13,508 bases of DNA from positions 1 to 13,508 of the forward strand of contig JBDREQ010000023.1 in NCBI GenBank assembly GCA_043819555.1, given 5' to 3'. The notes under the pieces were generated by a model that saw only the letters and a program-made list of their open reading frames with translations, ran no database searches and was not told the origin of the DNA. This stretch comes from Candidatus Zixiibacteriota bacterium. GTDB taxonomy: Bacteria > Zixibacteria > MSB-5A5 > GN15 > JAAZOE01. Shown here one piece after another: positions 1-7,804 of this stretch. The first letter of the stretch is position 1, and every line of letters starts with the position of its first letter. A program made the position numbers and the translations under genes.

Positions 1-138
1 GATTTGGCTACACTTACTGATGATCGCTTCTTCAAACTCATTTGCGCTTATAATAACACTCCAAGGAAATGTCTGGACTTTCGAACCCCAGCTGAGTTAT
101 TTGGAGATAAACTGTTGCACTTCAAATGTGAATCCACC
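1..138 (+). mobile_element. IS30-family insertion sequence, right end (partial; continues beyond the left edge)
   Basis: Frame +1 encodes an IS30-type transposase C-terminus (YNNTPRKCLDFRTPAELF). 113-138 read inward is GGTGGATTCACATTTGAAGTGCAACA, a 26-bp IS30-like terminal IR (GATTCA...GCAACA). TolC-like sequence stops at the 138/139 junction. Confidence 0.88.
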
Positions 139-162
139 TCCCAGTCAGAACCGGTACGGTAA
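1..162 (+). CDS. IS30-family transposase, C-terminal fragment (not in the ORF track)
   Basis: Manual translation: DLATLTDDRFFKLICAYNNTPRKCLDFRTPAELFGDKLLHFKCESTSQSEPVR*. It carries the N-x-x-P-R-K-x-L-x-F-x-T-P motif typical of IS30 transposases. Stop TAA at 160-162 lies outside the IR. Confidence 0.85.
   Translation, partial: DLATLTDDRFFKLICAYNNTPRKCLDFRTPAELFGDKLLHFKCESTSQSEPVR
113..138. repeat. Right terminal inverted repeat of the IS30-family element
   Basis: TGTTGCACTTCAAATGTGAATCCACC: length and motif resemble IS30-family IRs. The partner IR is outside the window. Confidence 0.8.
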
Positions 163-1046
163 CTATAAGCCCCATAGCCTGAAATCTCTGGCCAGAACAC
201 TCGAGACGCTAAGGACTTGGAGGCATTCGCCTTCTTTGCTCGCGCCTCTGAAAGACGAACAGTCGGACCCACTATGTGAGTGTTCCCAGACTCTTCTCGA
301 GGATACAACCTCCTCAAAAGTCCCATATCTAATGTGTTAGAAGAGGCTGCTGGTACAACGAGATTCTCCGTTCCAAGGAGAGATGAAAGTCGGATGCTAA
401 GTTGAAATCGCGAGTGAGCTACGGCGCTTGAGTCTGATCTGGTAGATGCTATCAAAGAGGAAACCAGAGCAAGGTCACCTTTCGATACCCGCCCTTCAGT
501 TGCCAAAACCTGCAAGTCCTGCATTTGCTGGTATAGTGTGGCCAGTCGTTTGTTTATCAACAAAGATTGATCATCCATCTGACGGGCATAGAGAAATATC
601 TCAGCAACTTGTTTCAATATTTCATTTCGCACGAGATCATTAGTTGCTTTGCTCTCATCGACATTCGTCGTGGCAATTTTACGTTGAGTTAAGCGTCGAC
701 CCCCGTCGAAAATTGGGATGGACAATTGTAGGTTTGCCTCATAAAGCTCCTCATCAAGAGGTGGAAATACGCCCTGTTGGTGTATTGGAGTAACGATATT
801 GGGTTCTTCATAGAGCGTATACCCAGCAGTTGCGTATAGCTGTGGTAGAAGTGATCCTGTTGCTTGACTGACTGCGGACCTGGAAGCACTAACTTGCGCC
901 TTGGTCATTGAGAGCCGTGGATTGATAGCCAAAGAGGAATCTATCGCCTCAGAGATTGTCACCTGTCTTTGGCCGAAAGTTGATCCGGTAGATGCTAGTA
1001 GGATGAAGCTGACAATCCAGACAACTGATTTATGATTAGTTTTCAT
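139..1046 (-). pseudogene. TolC-family outer membrane efflux protein, interrupted by IS30 after about 302 codons
   Basis: N-terminal signal peptide and OEP motifs (AIDSSLAINP, LLPQL, LSIPIFDGG, second-repeat FWPEISG). After ...GSDWE the ORF (48..1046) runs into antisense IS sequence (VDSHLKCNS...). The start overlaps the TetR stop (ATGA, 1043-1046). Confidence 0.85.
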
Positions 1047-1654
1047 TTTTCGGTCCTCCCAGTCCTATCCACTTTATTGAGGCTGTTCACGACAAAAGGG
1101 AGAAGCGATCCTGACATTTCCTGATGGGCCGGATTGGCAATGCCTAAACGACTCTGGATTGCCACCGCAGTTGCCATACCAAAAAACAGCGTCGAAATTT
1201 CGTTGGCTGATGGCTTGGCGTCGACTCCAACTATATCTGAAACGAGTTTCTCCAAAATCTCTTGATAACCCCCGATAATTGCCCTGATGTGCAGAACCAG
1301 TTCTTTCTGATTGCCCGAGGCAATCTCAGCCATAAACACTAAGGGAAGACCGCCACTATCGTTTACAAACTGTAAATGAAAAGTAACAACCTCTTGAAGT
1401 TTTACTTCGGGATCGAGTTCAGACCCGAGTATCTGCTTCATGGGACCCAGTAGATCACCTTGGATCTTCTCGATTATTGCTGTAAGCAATGCTGTCTTAT
1501 CGGGGAAATACCGATATGCGGTTGCCTCATTTATTCCCACAACGTCAGCAACTTTCCTCATAGTCAAAGCCTGAATACCCCCCTCACGGATGAGGGACAT
1601 TGCTTCAGTCACAATCTGCTCTTGTCTTTTCTTACCTTTTCTTCCAACAACCAT
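1043..1654 (-). CDS. TetR/AcrR-family transcriptional regulator
   Basis: N-terminal HTH: IVTEAMSLIREGGIQALTMRKVADVVGINEATAYRYFPDK. 203 aa. GAGGT RBS at 1661-1665. Confidence 0.93.
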   Translation of the reverse strand: MVVGRKGKKRQEQIVTEAMSLIREGGIQALTMRKVADVVGINEATAYRYFPDKTALLTAIIEKIQGDLLGPMKQILGSELDPEVKLQEVVTFHLQFVNDSGGLPLVFMAEIASGNQKELVLHIRAIIGGYQEILEKLVSDIVGVDAKPSANEISTLFFGMATAVAIQSRLGIANPAHQEMSGSLLPFVVNSLNKVDRTGRTEK

Positions 1655-1677
1655 ATCTTCACCTCATCTATATAATC

Positions 1678-1693
1678 AAGCAAGTACTTGCTT
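1678..1693. promoter_or_regulatory. Putative TetR operator (perfect 16-bp palindrome)
   Basis: AAGCAAGT|ACTTGCTT lies between the -10 box and the tetR RBS, covering the predicted transcription start. Confidence 0.7.
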
Positions 1694-1695
1694 AT

Positions 1696-1724
1696 ATTAT
1701 CGGTAATTGGATTAGTCTTGTCAA
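1696..1724 (-). promoter_or_regulatory. Sigma70-type promoter of the tetR-tolC operon
   Basis: Minus strand TTGACA (1724-1719), 17-bp spacer, GATAAT (1701-1696). Confidence 0.7.
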
Positions 1725-1956
1725 GAGATTTTTTTAAATAATCTTGGTCAACCTTGTAATCTGTTGTTCTACAATAGAATAGTTGAGCGGCTCACAACCA
1801 TTTGTGATATTAGAATGGATAGGATCTCTTTTAATTAGATCAACATGAGTCCTAAAGAATTCGACTGGTTTCAACAATATGGCTGCTAGATTACTACCAA
1901 TAAATAAGAAAGGAGATTCTCTAAACTATTATATAATAGCACCATACAAAAATAGC

Positions 1957-1995
1957 AAATTGTTGTGATTGTAATATGTTACCACACAACAATTT
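1957..1995. other. Inverted repeat/hairpin next to att-like core 1
   Basis: AAATTGTTGTG (1957-1967) pairs with CACAACAATTT (1985-1995), with inner GTAA/TTAC pairing. It may be a terminator or a protein-binding dyad. Confidence 0.4.
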
Positions 1996-2172
1996 ATATT
2001 AATGCGGAGGAGGTAGGATACGAATTAGGCCATTTCGTATAACTTTTTGCAGCCCCTTTAATTACGCTTAATTCGCTGAGTCAACATTGGTTAAGTTACT
2101 TCAAGTTGCGTCAAGTTGGAGCAAGTTAGTGGGTAGTTGGATATAGTTCGCGGTTAGAAAATGGTTAGAAAA
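1972..2172 (-). repeat. att-like junction copy 1 (tRNA 3'-end fragment, dyads, phased repeats, paired arm-type repeats)
   Basis: Core GCGGAGGAGGTAGGATACGAA at 2004. CCATTT at +26 and TAACTT at +36. AGTT at 2094, 2104, 2114, 2124, 2135 and 2145. GGTTAGAAAA at 2152 and 2163. Co-linear with copies 2 and 3. Confidence 0.8.
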
Positions 2173-2194
2173 TCATTGACCGCAGCCTTTTCAT

Positions 2195-2221
2195 AAGTGG
2201 CCAAATTGTGGCCACTTTTTT
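2195..2221 (+). terminator. Hairpin with T-tract (possible intrinsic terminator; alternatively an 11-bp-period direct repeat)
   Basis: AAGTGGCCA-AATTG-TGGCCACTT followed by T run, about 160 bp beyond the hypE stop. Confidence 0.35.
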
Positions 2222-2375
2222 ACAGAAGGAACATCTAATACCTGGTGATGCTGTACAAGGCTATCGTCGATTTGATCTGTTTTGAAGGTTTTTGAATTTT
2301 TGTGGACAAAAATAGGGCACTGGAATTATTCAATTTCAAAAAGTATAATTGAATCTTGATCAATTTCTGCCATAA

Positions 2376-3434
2376 TTAGCATATCCTGGGCAATTGCTCT
2401 CCGGCGGGAGCAGTTATTATTCGCTCGGTTCCCAAGTCGGTTTTAAGAGTCACCAGGCTTTTTTCATTATCGGCTACCTGACCAATAATCGATGCATTTT
2501 TCCACCCCAATTTTGTTTTTAATATATTTAACGTATTATCTGCTTCAGGTGTAGGGACAAATAAGACAAACGTCCCTTCATTGGCGACCTGCATCGGATC
2601 ATACCCAAGGATTTCGCAGGCATTATTTACTTCAGGTGATATTGGAATTCCATTTTCTTCTAATGCAAAATGTAATTGAGAAGAGGCGGCCAACTCTGTC
2701 AGTGCCGATGACAACCCGCCTCGAGTCAGGTCGCGAAGACAGTTGATATTAACACCGTTATTAATCAGTGTCATAACCGTATCAGCCAAAGGCGCGCAGT
2801 CACTTTCTATTAAAGATTCAAATTGAAATCCTTCCCGAACTGACATAACTGCAATACCATGACAGCCAATGTCACGATTAATAATAATGGCATCTCCGGG
2901 GCTAATTGTTTCAGGTGAAATATTCAACTGATGGTTAATTATTCCCACGCCTGAAGTATTTATATAAACGCCATCACCCTTACCATGTTCAACGACCTTG
3001 GTATCTCCCGTCACTATTTGAACTCCAACCTTATCAGCCGCTTTTTTCATCGATTGAATTATCTGAGTCAGTGTCTCAATTGAAAATCCTTCTTCGATGA
3101 TTAATCCAACACTTATAAATAGAGGTTTGGCACCACACATTGCCAGATCGTTAGCGGTACCAATAACCGAAAGCGAACCAATATCACCGCCCGGGAAAAA
3201 AAGCGGATTAATTACAAATGAATCTGTTGTAAAGGCATAACGACCGTTTTGACTGTCATATATTGCACCATCATGTCTCTTCCTTAGCTCAATGGTATCA
3301 AGAGTACTAACAAATACGTCTTGAATCAATTTATTCATCTGACTACCCCCGCCGCCGTGCGCCATAGTTATTTTGCTTTGTGTCTGAACGGGAATCGGGC
3401 ATTGGATGTAATAACCACGGTCATTATTTTTCAT
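2376..3434 (-). CDS. hypE: Hydrogenase maturation carbamoyl dehydratase HypE
   Basis: Motifs MAHGGGG, FTTDSFVINPLFFPGGDIG, TGDTKVV, RDLTRGG, ANEG and C-terminal PRIC. Start moved to ATG 3434, which has AGGAG RBS (3440-3444) and overlaps the hypD stop. Confidence 0.96.
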   Translation of the reverse strand: MKNNDRGYYIQCPIPVQTQSKITMAHGGGGSQMNKLIQDVFVSTLDTIELRKRHDGAIYDSQNGRYAFTTDSFVINPLFFPGGDIGSLSVIGTANDLAMCGAKPLFISVGLIIEEGFSIETLTQIIQSMKKAADKVGVQIVTGDTKVVEHGKGDGVYINTSGVGIINHQLNISPETISPGDAIIINRDIGCHGIAVMSVREGFQFESLIESDCAPLADTVMTLINNGVNINCLRDLTRGGLSSALTELAASSQLHFALEENGIPISPEVNNACEILGYDPMQVANEGTFVLFVPTPEADNTLNILKTKLGWKNASIIGQVADNEKSLVTLKTDLGTERIITAPAGEQLPRIC

Positions 3435-4518
3435 AATTGCTCCTGTATTTATAATAAGCAGAGCAGACACCTTCCGATGACACCATCATGGGCCCCAGGG
3501 GATGTTCCGGTCGACACTCACTCGTGAATTCAGGACATTGATCCGGTTTAGCCCGACCGCTCAGGATGTCGGCCATAATACATTTGCTTTTGCTATAAGG
3601 TTTTTCGTGATAGTTATTTAGATAATGCTCAGCATCGTATTTTGTGTACTTATTCTTTAAAGTATAACCGCTTTCTTTAATAATTCCCAAGCCTCGCCAT
3701 TCACGATCGGTCACATCGAATACTTCGTTTATTATCATTTGAGCATGTCTATTACCGTCTTCGTTGACTGCCCGTCCGTATTGATTTTTGAGACCGGCGT
3801 GTCCTGCCTCAAGTTGTTCAACCGCCATATAAATACCCTGTACCAGATCAGCCGGTTCAAAACCCGTAGCGATGATCGGTATTTGGTATAGAGAAACAAG
3901 CTTTTTATAATCTTCTAACCCGGTAATAGTACAGACATGCCCGGGAGCAAGAAGGGCATCGATACGGCAATCAGGACTGCCAAGTAAGGAATTGACAGCT
4001 GGCGGAATTCTCACCATTCCGCATAATATTGAATAATTATTTATTTCAAGTCTGTCAGCCACTAAGACAGAATATCCGTTACCCGGTGCAGTCGTCTCGA
4101 ATCCTATGGCAAAAAATACGATATTTTTCTCTGGAGTTTTTTGCGCCAGTGCTACTGCATCAAGCGGAGAATAAACGATTCGGATATCGGCACCCTCTGC
4201 CCGGGCCGACAGCAAATCACCATGTGATCCCGGGACGCGCATCATATCACCAAATGTACATAATATTGTATCCGTATTAAGAGACAACGATGTGGCCTGA
4301 TCAATCAACTTCATCGGAGTGACGCAAACCGGACAACCGGGGCCATGCAACAAATCTATATTTTGAGGTACCAATCGATCAATTCCGAATTTGAAAATAG
4401 CATGAGTCTGTCCCCCGCATACTTCCATGATATTCCAATTGTCGGTTGTTATTTGCCTTACAATTGATAAATATTTATTAATCAGTTCCGGTGTACGATA
4501 TTCGCTTAAGTATCTCAT
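3424..4518 (-). CDS. hypD: Hydrogenase maturation protein HypD
   Basis: Motifs MEVCGGQTH, GPGCPVC, GFETT, PGHV and C-terminal C-x14-C-x6-C-x16-C cluster ligands. Confidence 0.96.
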   Translation of the reverse strand: MRYLSEYRTPELINKYLSIVRQITTDNWNIMEVCGGQTHAIFKFGIDRLVPQNIDLLHGPGCPVCVTPMKLIDQATSLSLNTDTILCTFGDMMRVPGSHGDLLSARAEGADIRIVYSPLDAVALAQKTPEKNIVFFAIGFETTAPGNGYSVLVADRLEINNYSILCGMVRIPPAVNSLLGSPDCRIDALLAPGHVCTITGLEDYKKLVSLYQIPIIATGFEPADLVQGIYMAVEQLEAGHAGLKNQYGRAVNEDGNRHAQMIINEVFDVTDREWRGLGIIKESGYTLKNKYTKYDAEHYLNNYHEKPYSKSKCIMADILSGRAKPDQCPEFTSECRPEHPLGPMMVSSEGVCSAYYKYRSNYEK

Positions 4519-4520
4519 AC

Positions 4521-4757
4521 CTATAGTTCTTGTTCAATAATTTTATCTAATTCTTCTAGAGTCTGCTGAGCGACTCTCTCATCAATTATACTAATGGCAA
4601 AACCGGTGTGTACTAGAATATAATCATCGACCTCAACATCGGGTACAAAAGCAAGATTTACAGTTTTGATGATACCGCCGAAATCCGCTTTTCCGGATGG
4701 CATCAGGTTATCTTTCTTCTCAATCCATATTACTTTTCCGGGTACAGCAAGACACAT
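4521..4757 (-). CDS. hypC: Hydrogenase assembly chaperone HypC
   Basis: N-terminal MCLAVPG and DYILVHTGFAI. 78 aa, located between hypF and hypD. Confidence 0.96.
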   Translation of the reverse strand: MCLAVPGKVIWIEKKDNLMPSGKADFGGIIKTVNLAFVPDVEVDDYILVHTGFAISIIDERVAQQTLEELDKIIEQEL

Positions 4758-4758
4758 A

Positions 4759-7047
4759 TTAATCCTTTTTGCTTAGATGAACACCAGCCATTATTTGTCC
4801 GGCACTGATTCCGCCGTCATTGGTTGGTATCCGTTGATGCCGAAAAGGTTTGAAATTTTCCTGCCGAAGACGAATAATCGCTCTTTCGGTTAAATATTTG
4901 TTCTGAAAACAGCCGCCCGTAAGAGCAACCTGCTTAATCCCTGTCAGTTTTGCCACGGTTAAAATTATTTCTGCAAGCGTATTGTGGAATTTCCCTGAAA
5001 TCGTTTCAGGCTTTATGTTATCGCGTAAATCATTAAGGACACTCTTTATTATGGGATGCCAATTGACAATATATGTATTTTTAATCGTATCGACTTCAAA
5101 ATCATATGATTCCTCTGTCAACAATGAACCTATCACCGATTCAAGAGCAATTGCGGCTTCAGCTTCATAATCAGATTTTTGACAAAGATCGAGTAGTGAG
5201 GAAACGGCATCGAATAGGCGCCCCATACTTGAAGTCAGATGGCAGTTTATTTTTTGCCTTAACATTTTTCGGATAATTGGGAGCTCGTCTTTGTTAAATG
5301 CTGCGATAGCATGACAATCACTCAAAGAAAATGCGCCGTTACCATATATATCATGAAGTATTGCTATTGCAGAGCGGCGAGGTTCACGGGCAGGCATATC
5401 TCCGCCCGGAAGCATAAATTGTTTTAAATGTCCCATTCGTTTTATTTGTGTATCATCAACGGCCAAAAACTCTCCACCCCAGATAGAGTTATCCTCTCCC
5501 AAACCCGTTCCGTCCCAGACAATCCCAAGGACAGGCGGTTTTAAATTATTATCTAGCATACAGGAAAACAGATGAGCATAATGATGCTGGACGGACATTG
5601 ATGGTCTATTAAGCGGATTTGCATAACTGCTGGACAGATAGTCGGGATGTAGATCAGTAATAATCAAATCCGGATGCAGCCTATAAAGTGAACTTAAAGA
5701 GTTAATCGTATTATGGTATAGGTCAAACGTTTGTTTTGCACGCAAATCACCAATATGCTGACTGACAATACATTTGTTTCCAGATTTTACAGCTATTGTA
5801 TTTTTCAGATCAGTCCCGGTTGCAAGAATGCTTTCACCTTCGTGCTCGACTTCGAATTCTGCCGGTGCATATCCCCGAGCGCTCCTGATGACCGATGGTT
5901 TACCGGCAATAAGTCTCACCACCGAATCATCGACCGGCCGAACAATCGGACGGTTATGAACTAGAAAGTAGTCAGCAATAGATCCCAGACTGTTAACCGC
6001 TGCACGTTCGTCGATGATTATTGATTCATTTGAAATATTACCGCTTGTGCATACGGCAGGAAAAACTATCTCTCGCATTAATAGATGATGCAGGGGAGTA
6101 TAGGGCAGCATAATACCAATTGTGGAGTTATTTGGAGCGACGTTTGGAGCAATTGATGAATTACTTTTCCTTTTTCTTATAATCACTATCGGGGATTGCA
6201 TGCTTCGCAGGAGTTCTATTTCATCATCTGTAGGTTTGCAATATAATTTCAGTTCCTGAACATTTCTAACCATTAAGGCCAACGGTTTTCTTTCCCGGTG
6301 TTTCCTTTTCCGAAGTAGTTGGACAGCATCCTCATCAAGAGCATTCACCAAAAGCTGAAAGCCACCCAGCCCTTTCAAGGCCAAAATCTTCCCGGCCTTG
6401 AGAAATTCGGCACTTCTTTCAATAATATCTTTATTTGAGCCCAGGAATTTGCCGGAATTATCCCATAATTCAAGGTTGGGTCCGCAATTCGGACAGGCGA
6501 TCGGCTGGGCATGGAATCGTCTATCAGCAGGATTCTCGTATTCGGCACGGCATTGCTCACACATTTGAAAAGTCTTCATGGCAGTGTTAGCACGATCATA
6601 TGGAAGTGATTCGATAATGCTGTATCGCGGTCCGCAACTGGTGCAGTTGGTGAATGGATAACGAAACCTTCTATTTTTTGAGTCAAGTATATCGTCCAGG
6701 CAATCCTGGCAGATGGCGATATCGGGGATTATTGAAATCGATCCGTTAACTGATTCAATACTGTCCGTAATTGTAAATGAATTGTAGGTCCCGGATGCAG
6801 ATTCGTTTATGGTCAAATTATTAATTTGAGAAAGCGGAGGTCTGTTTTGTTGCATTGAATTGACAAATCCGTCAATTAAATCTTCAGAACCGGTAATCTC
6901 GATCACAACACCGTTGGCAGTATTAGCCACATATCCATTTAACTGCGACTGACGGGCTAGGTTATAGATAAATGGACGAAAACCGACTCCCTGAACTTTG
7001 CCGCTAATTTCGATTTTGACGTTTTTTATATTATCAGTTATCTGCAT
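4759..7047 (-). CDS. hypF: Carbamoyltransferase HypF
   Basis: Acylphosphatase domain (GKVQGVGFRP), two zinc fingers (CQDC...CTSC; CEQC...CPNC), KGLGGF, QHHYAH, DGTG, SSMGRLFD, PTNDGGIS. Confidence 0.97.
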   Translation of the reverse strand: MQITDNIKNVKIEISGKVQGVGFRPFIYNLARQSQLNGYVANTANGVVIEITGSEDLIDGFVNSMQQNRPPLSQINNLTINESASGTYNSFTITDSIESVNGSISIIPDIAICQDCLDDILDSKNRRFRYPFTNCTSCGPRYSIIESLPYDRANTAMKTFQMCEQCRAEYENPADRRFHAQPIACPNCGPNLELWDNSGKFLGSNKDIIERSAEFLKAGKILALKGLGGFQLLVNALDEDAVQLLRKRKHRERKPLALMVRNVQELKLYCKPTDDEIELLRSMQSPIVIIRKRKSNSSIAPNVAPNNSTIGIMLPYTPLHHLLMREIVFPAVCTSGNISNESIIIDERAAVNSLGSIADYFLVHNRPIVRPVDDSVVRLIAGKPSVIRSARGYAPAEFEVEHEGESILATGTDLKNTIAVKSGNKCIVSQHIGDLRAKQTFDLYHNTINSLSSLYRLHPDLIITDLHPDYLSSSYANPLNRPSMSVQHHYAHLFSCMLDNNLKPPVLGIVWDGTGLGEDNSIWGGEFLAVDDTQIKRMGHLKQFMLPGGDMPAREPRRSAIAILHDIYGNGAFSLSDCHAIAAFNKDELPIIRKMLRQKINCHLTSSMGRLFDAVSSLLDLCQKSDYEAEAAIALESVIGSLLTEESYDFEVDTIKNTYIVNWHPIIKSVLNDLRDNIKPETISGKFHNTLAEIILTVAKLTGIKQVALTGGCFQNKYLTERAIIRLRQENFKPFRHQRIPTNDGGISAGQIMAGVHLSKKD

Positions 7048-7065
7048 TTCAAAACCGCTTGATCC

Positions 7066-7323
7066 TTAAATCTCGACACTTTCCAGGATAATATCCTGAG
7101 CATGAGGATCATTAATATCTTCTGAGTTTATAACCTCCAGTTCGGCATTTTCTGCGTTTGTTCCTTTAGCCGCTTCATAAAAATGTTCGCTAAAATGATC
7201 GGATGAAATATGCGACAATGCTCCCAGTCTGATGGTTACCTTTTTTATTGAGGCGCCGCCTTTTTCTTCTGAGATTGACTTCAGTTTTTTGAAAATATCT
7301 TTTAGCAGTGACAGTTCATGCAT
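7066..7323 (-). CDS. hypA: Short HypA-like nickel metallochaperone lacking the zinc-binding domain
   Basis: N-terminal MHE Ni-binding motif, V-x-I-x-L-G-x-L-S, and C-terminal IILESVEI strand. 85 aa with no cysteines. Confidence 0.85.
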   Translation of the reverse strand: MHELSLLKDIFKKLKSISEEKGGASIKKVTIRLGALSHISSDHFSEHFYEAAKGTNAENAELEVINSEDINDPHAQDIILESVEI

Positions 7324-7801
7324 CTTTATTAACCTTTAGAGTTTCGATGATTTCCATTATTAGTTTCTTTGCAGACGTTTCAACCGTTTTGCTCAGTTTA
7401 TTACCCGGTTTAAATTTTTCACCCTCGATACCATAGATAGTCAATTTTTGAGGTAGCTTTCCAAGCGCTTTGCCAAGTTTTATCGTTTCTTGGATATTTA
7501 ATGAATGAGTAGAAAATGCTGTGAACAAATCTTCAGATATATTCTCTGACAGACCGTCAAACTTATATAAATAGCCGGGCGATTGATTGGGACTGACAGC
7601 ATCAATAAGTATTACATGATCTTTGCCATCCCAATAATCCAGCAGGGATGTACCATCACTTATACCATTGATCACTGAAACACCTCTTATTACATTCTGC
7701 TCAATACAGCGGGATACATACAGGCCGATTCCGTCATCACTGCGGTAATCATTCCCTAATCCGATGATTAAGACACCGGATTCTTCCTTGATTTCCGACA
7801 T
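7316..7801 (-). CDS. Hydrogenase maturation endopeptidase (HycI/HybD family)
   Basis: IIGLGNDYRSDDGIG, ILIDAV, STH. Directly downstream of the large subunit gene. Confidence 0.93.
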   Translation of the reverse strand: MSEIKEESGVLIIGLGNDYRSDDGIGLYVSRCIEQNVIRGVSVINGISDGTSLLDYWDGKDHVILIDAVSPNQSPGYLYKFDGLSENISEDLFTAFSTHSLNIQETIKLGKALGKLPQKLTIYGIEGEKFKPGNKLSKTVETSAKKLIMEIIETLKVNKDA

Positions 7802-7804
7802 AAT

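Noticed and set aside
48..138. C-terminus of the 332-aa TolC ORF as genuine protein
   Set aside because: It is read-through into the antisense strand of the IS30 end.
20..340. 106-aa plus-strand ORF
   Set aside because: It straddles the IS/tolC junction, is antisense to tolC, is out of frame with the transposase and has no recognisable motif.
446..1675. Small ORFs 446..643, 689..889 and 1460..1675
   Set aside because: They overlap tolC or tetR in other frames and have no independent support.
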